DNA from: an uncultured Thiopseudomonas sp.
GTDB lineage: Bacteria; Pseudomonadota; Gammaproteobacteria; Pseudomonadales; Pseudomonadaceae
Length of the DNA: 64,000 nucleotides
Direction: 5' to 3'
Assembly (NCBI GenBank): GCA_964516465.1
Contig: CAZEZR010000002.1
Coordinates: 3,327 to 67,326 of the forward strand
Both the position numbers and the translations under genes were made by a program. How positions within the stretch are numbered: the stretch's first letter is position 1; the number at the start of each line of letters is the position of its first letter. Below, piece by piece: positions 1-9,695 of the stretch. The notes under the pieces are model-generated. The model saw only the letters and a list, made by a program, of their open reading frames with translations, was not told the DNA's origin and did no database searches.

Positions 1-125
1 GTTAACTTTAATCGGGAACTCTGTACCCTGTACGGTTGCTGCTCTAGCCTTGAACCGCCGATAAAAACGGCTAAAAAACAGCATACATTTTAAACATTAT
101 TTAACTCAGCGATCCTAAGCAGAAG

Positions 126-1979
126 TCACTGCTCATGCACTTGCGACTCAGTGCTCATCACTGCCGCAGGACGCAAACCTTGAGTAAGTTCATACAATTG
201 ACTTTCATCCAGTGTTTCCATCTCCAGCAAACGGCTGGCTGACTTTTCTAGAATATCGCGATTACTGCTGAGTATCTCCAGCGCTTGTGCCGATACCTCC
301 TGCAGTAATTCGCGCACTGCAGCATCCATAGCTTCAGCGGTTGCTTCACTGTAGTTGCGCTCAAAATAGACTGGAGCATTGTCGCCACCTAAAAAATTAC
401 TTCTCTGCGCTTCATAACTGACGCCACCTAGGGTGGCATCCATACCATAGCGAGCGACCATTGAGCGAGCTATATCAGTGGCGCGAGCCAAATCATCAGC
501 AGCCCCAGTGGATAGATGATCAAACACCAGCTTCTCCGCCGCACGTCCGCCCATCAAAACGGCAATTTTGTCGCGCAACTCCGTCTCAGTCATCAGAAAA
601 CGATCTTCGGTCGGTCGCTGGATGGTATACCCCAAGGCGCCAATGCCGCGGGGAATTATCGACACTTTATGCACTTTATCCACCCCAGGCAGCGCCATGC
701 TGACTAAGGCATGGCCCATTTCATGATACGCGACGATCTTGCGCTCGCGAGGGTTAATCAAACGGTTACGTTTTTCCAAGCCCGCGACGATCCGCTCAAT
801 AGCATGGGTAAAGTCTTCCATGCTCACCACTTTAGCGCGGCGCCGGGTGGCCAGCAGCGCAGCTTCATTGACCAAGTTAGCCAAATCGGCGCCAGAAAAA
901 CCTGTGGTTAACGCAGCAATATCTTCTAGGGTTGTCTCAGGCGCCAGCACAATTTTTTTAATATGCACTTTCAGGATCTGCACTCTACCAACGCGGTCGG
1001 GACGGTCCACCAACACTTGTCGATCGAAACGTCCAGCTCGCAGCAATGCTGGATCAAGAATTTCTGGGCGATTAGTGGCTGCCAATAACACCACGCCCTC
1101 ACCGGGATCAAAGCCATCCAGTTCAGACAACAACTGATTCAAAGTCTGTTCGCGCTCTTCATTGCCGCCCTGCGCTGTCGCTGCACCGCGGGCACGGCCT
1201 AAGGCATCTAATTCATCAATAAAAATAATCGCCGGTGCCGCTTTGCGGGCTTGCTCAAATAAATCCCGCACCCGCGCAGCACCCACGCCGACAAACATCT
1301 CGACAAATTCTGAGCCGGAAATTGAGAAGAACGGCACCTTGGCTTCACCCGCCACCGCTCGCGCCAGCAAGGTTTTACCGGTACCCGGTGGCCCGACCAA
1401 CAGAATACCTTTGGGCATGCGCGCACCCAAACTGCCGTACTCTTTTGGGCTTTGCAGAAAATCAATCACCTCCTGCAACTCGGCTTTGGCTTCATCCACC
1501 CCAGCAACATCAGCAAAAGTAACCTTGGTATCAGTCTCGATATACACCTTAGCCCTGCTCTTACCAATGGCCATCATCCCGCCCATACCCTGTTTGCCAC
1601 TCATGCGACGAATAATAAACAGCCAAATAGCTACAAAAATTAGCGCTGGTAGCACCCAGGACAGCAAAGAGGTGAACCAAGTATTTTCAACCGCCCCAGC
1701 GTAAGTCACACCGGTTTCATTTAAACGATCCGCCAACTCAGGCGCTACAGGGGTGGTAACAAAGCCAGTCTTGCCATTTTGTGCTGACTTAAAGGTGCCT
1801 TTAATAGTGGTGCTACCAACAGTCACACTATCGATCACACCCTGCTCAAGATACTGCTCAAACTGACTGTAGGGCACTGCTTCAACGGTTTGCGTCTGCA
1901 CCCAAATATCGCGTAAAAGAACCACGCCCAACACAGCAATAAGAACATACCAAAGGTTGATTTGAGTTCCACGATTCAT
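126..1979 (-). CDS. ftsH: ATP-dependent zinc metalloprotease FtsH (probably a second, accessory paralog)
   Basis: Two N-terminal TM segments, Walker A GPPGTGKT, Walker [12 protein letters not shown] ([20 protein letters not shown]), HEMGH zinc motif; not in the usual rlmE-ftsH-folP context. Confidence 0.95.
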   Translation of the reverse strand: MNRGTQINLWYVLIAVLGVVLLRDIWVQTQTVEAVPYSQFEQYLEQGVIDSVTVGSTTIKGTFKSAQNGKTGFVTTPVAPELADRLNETGVTYAGAVENTWFTSLLSWVLPALIFVAIWLFIIRRMSGKQGMGGMMAIGKSRAKVYIETDTKVTFADVAGVDEAKAELQEVIDFLQSPKEYGSLGARMPKGILLVGPPGTGKTLLARAVAGEAKVPFFSISGSEFVEMFVGVGAARVRDLFEQARKAAPAIIFIDELDALGRARGAATAQGGNEEREQTLNQLLSELDGFDPGEGVVLLAATNRPEILDPALLRAGRFDRQVLVDRPDRVGRVQILKVHIKKIVLAPETTLEDIAALTTGFSGADLANLVNEAALLATRRRAKVVSMEDFTHAIERIVAGLEKRNRLINPRERKIVAYHEMGHALVSMALPGVDKVHKVSIIPRGIGALGYTIQRPTEDRFLMTETELRDKIAVLMGGRAAEKLVFDHLSTGAADDLARATDIARSMVARYGMDATLGGVSYEAQRSNFLGGDNAPVYFERNYSEATAEAMDAAVRELLQEVSAQALEILSSNRDILEKSASRLLEMETLDESQLYELTQGLRPAAVMSTESQVHEQ

Positions 1980-2250
1980 GCTGTTTCTCCGTTGGGCAAG
2001 GTGCTTAGTTCATTGGGTAATGGTCTACAAAAACTGTAGCACTTAATAAAGTATTCTAAAATACGGATTGACGGTTAGATTTGTGAGTTTAACTCGAGGA
2101 CGTGGTGTTATCGAAGAGAGGTGGGTAGCGTGAAGCAGGCGTTCTTCGGCAGGCTGCCCAACTCCTGGGCATTAAAGCCCAGAAGCTGGGAGATCAAACA
2201 ATGGTGCTAACTAATATGCATTTCTAGCGCAGCTCCAGTCTCGCTAAGCA

Positions 2251-2820
2251 TTAGGCATGAGCTGTGTCGCGACTCAAACTTTTCACCAAGCTGGCTTGCG
2301 GGCCCTCATCGCCACGTGATTCAACAAAGCGCACTTTATCTCCCAAATTGAGTCGATCAAAACCTGGCGCTGAGACGCTGTTTTCATGAAAGTAAATCTC
2401 ACGCCCATCTGCGGTCAATAAAAAACCATAACCCTTCTCGGTAAACATCTTTTCAACTACTGCATAAGGCGTATCTTCATGCACTACACGGGTTTCCTGC
2501 AATCGTCCCGCATAGGTACGTAATTGTTGCTCTGCCGCATCAAATGCATCACGAATAGTGACATACATATCATTAAAATTATCGTTCTCATTGGGCTCGC
2601 GGGAAACAACCAATTCTTCACCTGGAACGCTGATATCAACACTTACTCGGTGGTTAAGCACATCATACTGTGGCGTTCGGTTGGGCACCTCCACAGTCAC
2701 TCGGCAGGATATAATATGCTCGAAGTAACGATTTAACTTATCAACACGCTCACGTATTGCCTCTTCTACTGGCTCAGAACGTTCAGCATTTCTAAAAGTA
2801 ATTTCCAAAGGTATCTGCAT
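2251..2820 (-). CDS. HPF/RaiA-family ribosome-associated protein fused to a C-terminal cold-shock domain
   Basis: N-terminal MQIPLEITFRN...IISCRVTVE...DMYVTIRDAFDAAEQQL (HPF fold); C-terminal KGYGFL..DGREIYFHENSV...GPQAS (CSD RNP motifs); GAGG RBS. Confidence 0.88.
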   Translation of the reverse strand: MQIPLEITFRNAERSEPVEEAIRERVDKLNRYFEHIISCRVTVEVPNRTPQYDVLNHRVSVDISVPGEELVVSREPNENDNFNDMYVTIRDAFDAAEQQLRTYAGRLQETRVVHEDTPYAVVEKMFTEKGYGFLLTADGREIYFHENSVSAPGFDRLNLGDKVRFVESRGDEGPQASLVKSLSRDTAHA

Positions 2821-3245
2821 AATTCACCTCTTGTGAAAAGCGTCGACGCAGCTAAAGACAGTGCATCAGTCCGACCAACACTTAGAAGGCAGCTGACAAC
2901 TATCAACCTTATCTATCGTCAAGTAACAACTGCAACTTAACCCTCTAAGCACACTTAAGAGCATAGACAGCTTCCTTAACCAAGTCCAACGTCTAATGCT
3001 GGCTTACCCAACAATTAATCAATGCAATGTTAAATGCTGCAAGCTGGTCATTGTTTAGAGGCTGATATACACAGAATGCAAGTGCACGACGATAACTTTA
3101 GCAGATATAACTCGCACCGCCTCCCTTGCCTTAAAACCTTGCAAACGCTATGTTTGAAGGACAGTTCAACAGCTCAGCCGCGTCTGCCAACCCATACTTA
3201 GGCACATTATCATGCCCACTTCTGTACCTTGCGAAGGATGACATT

Positions 3246-3653
3246 ATGACTACTCCTGAAAACTCTCTCACTAAAGAACAAGTCACTCACTTTGCCCAGC
3301 GCATCGACATACGTAAGAATCTTTTACTGGATGAAATTCGTCAGGTATTGGCTCGTTCTCGGAATGAGTACTATGTCGACCTTATCGGTGGGGCCGGTGA
3401 CTCTGGCGATACCGCGACAGCTTCCCTGCTCCGCGACATCACCGAAGCCGAGGTTATTCGTGATATAGGTGAGGTGCGCGATATTGTTGCCGCTGAAGAG
3501 CGCATTGCCGCCGGAAACTACGGCCTATGCACCGACTGCGAGGAACCTATTCGTTACAAACGACTGGATGCCTACCCTACCGCCAAGCGCTGTTTTACCT
3601 GCCAAGTCCGTCGCGAACGATTGCTTGCGCCCTCTCCCTATACAGGTCGATAA
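3246..3653 (+). CDS. TraR/DksA-family C4 zinc-finger protein
   Basis: DSGDTA fits the DxxDxA tip; YGLCTDC...PTAKRCFTCQ zinc finger; start moved to ATG 3246 behind AAGGA. Confidence 0.88.
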   Translation: MTTPENSLTKEQVTHFAQRIDIRKNLLLDEIRQVLARSRNEYYVDLIGGAGDSGDTATASLLRDITEAEVIRDIGEVRDIVAAEERIAAGNYGLCTDCEEPIRYKRLDAYPTAKRCFTCQVRRERLLAPSPYTGR

Positions 3654-3661
3654 GAAGAACT

Positions 3662-4414
3662 ATGAAACCAAATAATCTAGACAACCAAGTCGTTATAGTT
3701 ACCGGTGGTGCAGCAGGCATTGGCGCTGCAATCAGCACTGTGCTAGCCCAACGCGGCGCCTCAGTGGTTGCCGTTGACCTGAATCAGGAAGCAGGCAAGG
3801 CACTGGCGTTAAGCCACCCAGAAAAAATTGTTTTTTTAGCGGGCGATGTCTCCAGTGAAGCGGTGGCCAAACAAGCCGTTGCGCTGGCTGTCAGCTCATT
3901 TGGAACGCTCACCGGGCTGGTCAACAATGCCCATGCAGCAACGCAAAAACCATTGATGGAGTTGAGCGAAACCGATTGGGCGCAATCGTTTGGCACCGGT
4001 TTTAATGCAACCTTATTTTTTATGAAAGCAGCCTACCCAGAGCTGGTAAAATCTGGCGGCTCCATTGTTAATTTCGGCTCAGGAGCGGCCCTCAATGGCC
4101 ACCCAATGCAAGCCTGTTATGCCGCTGCAAAAGAGGCCATTCGCGGACTCAGCCGCGTTGCGGCTAATGAATGGGCTCAAGATAATATTCGGGTCAATGT
4201 GGTTTCACCGAAGGCGTTAACTGAAGGTGTGCGGCAGTGGAAAGCCAAACACCCCGATCAATACGCTATATCTGCCAACAATATTCCGCTGCAACGATTT
4301 GGCGATCCACAACAGGATATTGCCCCCGTGGTCGCTTTTTTACTCAGTGAAGACAGCCGCTATATAACCGGACAAACATTAATGGCCGATGGTGGCACAA
4401 TTCAGCTTAGATAA
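3662..4414 (+). CDS. Short-chain dehydrogenase/reductase
   Basis: TGGAAGIG, VNNA, YAAAK catalytic motif; probable start ATG 3662, 8 nt after the dksA-like stop. Confidence 0.93.
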   Translation: MKPNNLDNQVVIVTGGAAGIGAAISTVLAQRGASVVAVDLNQEAGKALALSHPEKIVFLAGDVSSEAVAKQAVALAVSSFGTLTGLVNNAHAATQKPLMELSETDWAQSFGTGFNATLFFMKAAYPELVKSGGSIVNFGSGAALNGHPMQACYAAAKEAIRGLSRVAANEWAQDNIRVNVVSPKALTEGVRQWKAKHPDQYAISANNIPLQRFGDPQQDIAPVVAFLLSEDSRYITGQTLMADGGTIQLR

Positions 4415-4499
4415 AGACTGGCCTAGGCCGCAATTAAAGTTGTGACCCAATAGGTCATCATGGCTGTTTTGACTCACACAGTATTACAGGGAGATTTAC

Positions 4500-5672
4500 A
4501 TGCGCACGAACGGAAAAGCGATCATTAATACAGAAAAAATACCCATTAAACTATGGCTCAATGAGGAGCAAATGGAAGAAGGTGCGTTGCAACAAGCGCG
4601 CAACCTAGCCAATCTGCCCTTTGCCTTTAAACACATCGCCATTATGCCTGATACCCACCAAGGCTACGGCATGCCGATTGGCGCCATTCTTGCTACCAAA
4701 GGGGTGATAATCCCCAACGCAGTGGGCGTGGATATTGGATGCGGCATGTGTTCTTTGCGCACTGAGCTAACCGATATCGATACAGATGATTTAAAAGAAA
4801 TTTTAAAAATCATTCGCGAGACGATTCCGGTGGGTTTCAACCGCCATACAACCCCACAAGACCCAGCTTGGATGCCGGAAGTGCGCGGCAACCTCCCCAT
4901 CGTTCGGCAAGAGTATGACAGCGCGCTGTATCAGATTGGTACACTGGGTGGTGGTAACCATTTTATCGAGATCCAAAAAGGCTCAGATGGTTATATTTGG
5001 ATTATGGTTCACTCTGGCTCACGTAATATCGGTTTCACTGTCGCTAACCATTATCATGACATCGCCAAAAAGCTTAATAAGGCTGCCGGCGAAGATATTT
5101 CGAAAGATTTAGCTTACTTACCGGAATCATCCGAATACTATGAGTTGTACAAAAATGAAATGGATTACTGCCTTGAGTTTGCTCTCGCCAATCGCACCCT
5201 GATGATGGAGCGGGTTAAAGCAGCATTTAGACAGGTCGTGCCAACAGTCGAGTTTGCCGATTTTATTAACAAGCCGCATAACTTCGCCGCTGAAGAAGAG
5301 CATTTCGGCGAAACGGTTATGGTCCATCGCAAAGGTGCAACCCGCGCCCGCAAAGGTGAATGGGGCATGATTCCCGGTTCGCAAGGCACATCTTCTTTTC
5401 TAGTCAAAGGTAAAGGTGAAGCGCAATCCTTTGAATCCTGCGCCCATGGTGCCGGACGCATTATGAGCCGTGCGCAAGCACGCAAACAGCTTGATGTAAA
5501 AGAAGAAGTTAAAGCCCTTAAAGAGCTCGGCGTTTTGCACGCCATTCGTGGCCGCAAAGATTTAGATGAAGCCCCTGGCTCCTATAAAGATATCGATGAA
5601 GTAATGAACAACCAAAAAGACTTGGTTGAAATACAGATTGAATTACAGCCTTTGGCGGTGCTTAAAGGCTAG
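4500..5672 (+). CDS. rtcB: RtcB-family RNA 2',3'-cyclic phosphate/5'-OH ligase
   Basis: MPDTH, VGVDIGCGM, GTLGGGNHFIE, HSGSR, HRKGAT, SCAHGAGR, DEAPGSYKDI motifs. Confidence 0.95.
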   Translation: MRTNGKAIINTEKIPIKLWLNEEQMEEGALQQARNLANLPFAFKHIAIMPDTHQGYGMPIGAILATKGVIIPNAVGVDIGCGMCSLRTELTDIDTDDLKEILKIIRETIPVGFNRHTTPQDPAWMPEVRGNLPIVRQEYDSALYQIGTLGGGNHFIEIQKGSDGYIWIMVHSGSRNIGFTVANHYHDIAKKLNKAAGEDISKDLAYLPESSEYYELYKNEMDYCLEFALANRTLMMERVKAAFRQVVPTVEFADFINKPHNFAAEEEHFGETVMVHRKGATRARKGEWGMIPGSQGTSSFLVKGKGEAQSFESCAHGAGRIMSRAQARKQLDVKEEVKALKELGVLHAIRGRKDLDEAPGSYKDIDEVMNNQKDLVEIQIELQPLAVLKG

Positions 5673-5690
5673 CTGAACCAGCTAAAGACA

Positions 5691-5739
5691 TGGCAGTATC
5701 GGTGCAATGCAGAAATTAAGCGCTGCACCGATACTGCCA
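5691..5739. terminator. Hairpin between convergent rtcB and hydrolase genes
   Basis: TGGCAGTATCGGTGCA ... TGCACCGATACTGCCA 16-bp inverted repeat. Confidence 0.65.
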
Positions 5740-5775
5740 CTCATTTTTCTAGACGACTCAACTGCTGGAGCCTTG

Positions 5776-7320
5776 TTAGCCCCAGTCATCGACGATCAAC
5801 TCCAACTGCCCTTGAAACCCTGGGCGCGCATTAACTGACGTGCCCAATTCTATACCAATGCGCCGCTGCCCATTTTCCTCGATAATCTCAGCTGAGTGAG
5901 GCGCATTGCCAAATCCATCTTTAAGAGAAAGCCCGTAGCGAATGGTCTTATCGCGTATCGCTAGGGTGATTTGCTCTTGATACATAAAGCCTTCAAAGTG
6001 CTCGTTAAACCAAAATTTACGGTTGATTTCAAACAGCGGAATGCGCACTCCCAGATCAATGTTGAACATCAACGCATAGTCAGAAGCATCCCGGGCCATT
6101 TCAGTCAGATAACCGGTGAATAAATAGACTGATTTCTGACCCTTAATCAACTCATCATAGGTGCACAGCAACGCTGAATTGTGCTCATAACGTCGTTCAT
6201 TTAACACATAGTTTGCTCCAGCACGGACTCGGGTTACGGTATCAAAATAGTAGGAGCCACGAACCTCGGCATTGTTGTCGTATTTCTCCTGTACCCCAGG
6301 CGGTAAATCCACCCGGTTCACCTGCAGCATCGCGGTGACCCGCAATGAACCAAATAAGAATCGCCGCAGGTTTTGATAGCCTGCTTCAGAGTTGACTAAA
6401 CCAAAATGCCCCGAGTGACTGCGATAGGATACCGCGCGCGGGGCATCTTCAATATAAGCGTTGGCCATCATCACTAAACCATCGCTGGCAGGGCCTGTGA
6501 CCTGTTTAGACAGTTTAAAAAATGCATCATAACTTTTGTAGTCTGAACCGATAAAACAGAAGCACTTCTGTGGATCCAGCGCGCCATCCAATGAATTCAC
6601 CGCAACAGATTTCTTACTGATTTTTAAATAGTCGCGCATGCGTTTTTGCGCAAAATTAGCGAGATGAAACTTATCAATCGGGCCTAGATCAGGCACATTA
6701 ATACCCAACACATCAATCCCGTTATGCGGTGTACCATAGGTAAACAGTTTATCCACATAATGCGGGCTCGCAGCACCTGAATTAAGCTCTAAGCCAGTAT
6801 CATCAAAGCCGGCAGGCGCGCCATGGCGGCAGATATTTTGCAAATAACAACGACTGACCAAACCGCCCATGGAGTGGGCCACTAAGTGCACTTTAAAGTC
6901 AGCTTGATGCTGCGGATCATCGCCACAAACCGCATCACGGACACGCAGAATAAATCGTCGCAGGTCCAAGGCAAACTGCTCCATACTCACCCGCTCACCG
7001 CTGCCGAGCAGATTTGAAGCTTGCTCATAATAACGAAACACCCACACTGACTTAGCAGGAACCTTGCCTCGATCATCCAAATAGCCGCCACCTTGAAACG
7101 CATCAATATACTGATGATCTTTAATTAAGCGCAGCAAAGGTGACTCAAAGATAAAGGACACCGGCTTGCGCTGATGGTCTTGGCGCAGCACGCTGGAGCC
7201 GCGATTAAAGCCCATATAAGGATCAGCGGTGGCCTCGTCAATCTCTGACATGGTCGCTGCAAAGCCGCGCACATAAATAATTGGATAATAAGGGGCTTGC
7301 ACTACACTGCTCATAACCAT
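5776..7320 (-). CDS. Alpha/beta-hydrolase (PGAP1-like/lipase type) with an uncharacterised beta-rich C-terminal domain
   Basis: IIYVRGFA oxyanion region, VAHSMGG nucleophile elbow, YGTPHNG, SDGLV acid and a downstream His. Confidence 0.75.
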   Translation of the reverse strand: MVMSSVVQAPYYPIIYVRGFAATMSEIDEATADPYMGFNRGSSVLRQDHQRKPVSFIFESPLLRLIKDHQYIDAFQGGGYLDDRGKVPAKSVWVFRYYEQASNLLGSGERVSMEQFALDLRRFILRVRDAVCGDDPQHQADFKVHLVAHSMGGLVSRCYLQNICRHGAPAGFDDTGLELNSGAASPHYVDKLFTYGTPHNGIDVLGINVPDLGPIDKFHLANFAQKRMRDYLKISKKSVAVNSLDGALDPQKCFCFIGSDYKSYDAFFKLSKQVTGPASDGLVMMANAYIEDAPRAVSYRSHSGHFGLVNSEAGYQNLRRFLFGSLRVTAMLQVNRVDLPPGVQEKYDNNAEVRGSYYFDTVTRVRAGANYVLNERRYEHNSALLCTYDELIKGQKSVYLFTGYLTEMARDASDYALMFNIDLGVRIPLFEINRKFWFNEHFEGFMYQEQITLAIRDKTIRYGLSLKDGFGNAPHSAEIIEENGQRRIGIELGTSVNARPGFQGQLELIVDDWG

Positions 7321-7626
7321 TGCACTCCGACCAATCCAGATACCTCAGTAGTAAACTAAGACGGTTGGCTTGGCAATAGCAACTAGAGGCTAACTAAGGT
7401 CTGGCTCACGACCCGTACGCAACAGCTCGATGGCAGCATAGATTTAAGAAATTTTAAGGGAGTGCCGCGCCTCCTTAGATTGAACCAGGTGACGCTGCCA
7501 TACGACTGAGCAAATTGAAGGGGCGTTCCGGAATGAAAGCACTGAGCCCATTCCGGAATATCATTTGCTTAGATGATCAGGCTAAGACTTAAATAGGCTG
7601 GAGTTTTTATCCAAGCTTAAGAGACT

Positions 7627-8010
7627 TTACTGCAGTGTTTGTAAGCGCTCCTGCAACTCTGGGCTTGCCTGGATACGCTCTGCCAGCTGGTTATAAGAGT
7701 CAGCATCTAAACCTGCCGTCTCAACCGCGCTGATCATTTTATCTTGTGCTTCTTGCTGCAACTGCTGTGCAATGGGTTGATCTTTAGCGTTATTGAGCCT
7801 TTGCGTGTAATCCTCACGGACCTTCGAAATCTCGACACTTGCGGTCACAAACTGTCTAAGCTCAGTATCGCTAACCGGCGCCTGATCTTGTTGCTGAACA
7901 GGTGCTGCGGTTGGTTGAGCCGGTGCAGTATTTTGTGCCATAGCAACAGACGCGCCTAAACCCAAAGTGACAACTGATACTGCTGCGACTAGCTTTTTAA
8001 GATGACTCAT
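7627..8010 (-). CDS. DUF4168-like exported helical protein
   Basis: Signal peptide ending AMA-Q, Q/P/A-rich linker, VSDTELRQFV...GLDADSYNQL...PELQER pattern. Confidence 0.75.
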   Translation of the reverse strand: MSHLKKLVAAVSVVTLGLGASVAMAQNTAPAQPTAAPVQQQDQAPVSDTELRQFVTASVEISKVREDYTQRLNNAKDQPIAQQLQQEAQDKMISAVETAGLDADSYNQLAERIQASPELQERLQTLQ

Positions 8011-8044
8011 TCATATTCTCCTGTATGTATTGTACTTAATACAA

Positions 8045-8060
8045 AGCATATTCCATGCCA
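8045..8060 (-). promoter_or_regulatory. Sigma-54 (-24/-12) promoter for the DUF4168 gene
   Basis: Minus strand reads TGGCATGGAATATGCT (GG-N10-GC) ~35 nt upstream of the ATG; AT-rich IHF-like tract at ~8078-8095; divergent NtrC-type regulator. Confidence 0.75.
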
Positions 8061-8156
8061 AGTTTTATTTTTTTTCGCAAGTTATTGTTTTTAAAAGAGA
8101 ATAATTAAATTTTAAAATTATTTGAACACTCTTGGTCTTTTACCTTGAGCCGCCAA

Positions 8157-8177
8157 CATGTATAAATATTACACATG
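8157..8177. promoter_or_regulatory. Imperfect palindrome, candidate enhancer for the sigma-54 activator
   Basis: CATGTATAAATATTACACATG, ~100 nt upstream of the -24 element, overlapping the kinase start codon. Confidence 0.45.
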
Positions 8178-9695
8178 AGCAAAAAGTATACGTTCAAAAA
8201 CAACACACACACTTCTTTCTGGTCCTTTACAGGACTCAGTAGCCTGCAGCGCACCTTACTGCTATTTGTTGTGTTGCCTTTAGTCCTGCTAACCGCCTTA
8301 GGGATTCGCTTTGGTTTAGATCAAGCCAATCAGTTTCAAAACCAGCGCTTAAAAAACGATTTGGAACTCATTGGCCGCGCCATTAGCTTGCCCGTAGGCA
8401 GCGCACTGAACAATCAAGATTTGGAGGCGGTGAACCTCGCCCTCGACTCTGTGTTTGTGCTCGGCGAAGTCTATGGCGCTTCAGTGTTTGATGTGGGTGG
8501 CAACCGTATTGCATCAGCGGGAGTGACTGAATCTGATTTAAGTGACAGCACTATTCCAGCCCGTATTCGCAGTACCGGTGAAGGCCAAGAAGCTTTTAGT
8601 CGGGTTAAGGGGCGCAGTTTATTTTCTCACTTTTTACCCTTGTTTGATGCCACAGGGCAGATTCGAGGGCTGATTCAAATTACTCGAAAAGCCAGTGATT
8701 TTGGCCGCGCACTGCAGCAACTCACCATGATTGCTTGGTTTGTCTGGGGCATCTTTAGCTTGGCCATTTTGGCCGCGGTCTTACTCGGTCATTACGGTGG
8801 TATTGGTCGCTATGTGGATAAAATATTAACTCATATGCAGCGCGTGGCGGAAGGAGACTTAACCTACCGTGCAGTCTTGGAAGGGCCTAGCGAAGTGGCC
8901 AGCATCGCTCAAGGCTTAAACCAAATGCTCGATAGCATTGAGCAGGCCAATGCAGAACTCGATGCTCATCGCGCGGCAGAGACAGCTCTGGTTGCACAAT
9001 TAAAAGACAATGAGAAAATGGTTGCCATCGGCAGTATGGCGCAAGGCATTGCCCACGAGCTTGGCGCTCCACTCAGCGTCATTGATGGCCGCGCTCGAAG
9101 ACTTGAACGCTCACGCCAATTGGACCAGCAAGCCTTACGCAATGTCAGCGGTATTCGCAGCCAAGTTAAGCGTCTCACTCGCACTGTGCGGCAATTGCTC
9201 GATTATTGTCGCCCCACAGCAAGCCAGCCAAGAGAGTTCTCTCCAGAGCAACTGATTACTGATGTGATTGCCGCCATTGAGCCGGAGCTGGAAGCAGGCC
9301 AAATCAAACTCAACATTGATATCCAAGCGCAGTTAAGCACTATGCATGGCGACGCTGATCGGCTTGAGCAGGCCCTACTCAACTTAGTGCGTAACGCCTT
9401 ACAGGCCGCTGCCAGTGAAGTGGGCATATCGGTGAGCGCCGATAATCAGCAATTAACTATCAAGATCAGCGACGATGGCCTGGGCTTACCATCAGAGCTA
9501 TCAGTGGAGACATTACTGGAGCCATTTTTTACCACTAAATCACCTGGCGAAGGTACCGGACTGGGCTTAGCCATTGTTCGCTCCGTGACTGAAGAACATA
9601 ACGGCCAGCTCAGTTTTAACAATGGCGCCCAAGCTGGATGTGAGGTGCATTTAACGTTACCCCTGATAAGCAGTACAGAGGACAAGCAGCCATGA
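8175..9695 (+). CDS. Membrane sensor histidine kinase (HAMP, HisKA, HATPase)
   Basis: Two TM segments, AHELGAPL H-box, NLVRNA N-box, DDGLG, PFFTTK, GTGLGL. Confidence 0.95.
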   Translation: MSKKYTFKNNTHTSFWSFTGLSSLQRTLLLFVVLPLVLLTALGIRFGLDQANQFQNQRLKNDLELIGRAISLPVGSALNNQDLEAVNLALDSVFVLGEVYGASVFDVGGNRIASAGVTESDLSDSTIPARIRSTGEGQEAFSRVKGRSLFSHFLPLFDATGQIRGLIQITRKASDFGRALQQLTMIAWFVWGIFSLAILAAVLLGHYGGIGRYVDKILTHMQRVAEGDLTYRAVLEGPSEVASIAQGLNQMLDSIEQANAELDAHRAAETALVAQLKDNEKMVAIGSMAQGIAHELGAPLSVIDGRARRLERSRQLDQQALRNVSGIRSQVKRLTRTVRQLLDYCRPTASQPREFSPEQLITDVIAAIEPELEAGQIKLNIDIQAQLSTMHGDADRLEQALLNLVRNALQAAASEVGISVSADNQQLTIKISDDGLGLPSELSVETLLEPFFTTKSPGEGTGLGLAIVRSVTEEHNGQLSFNNGAQAGCEVHLTLPLISSTEDKQP

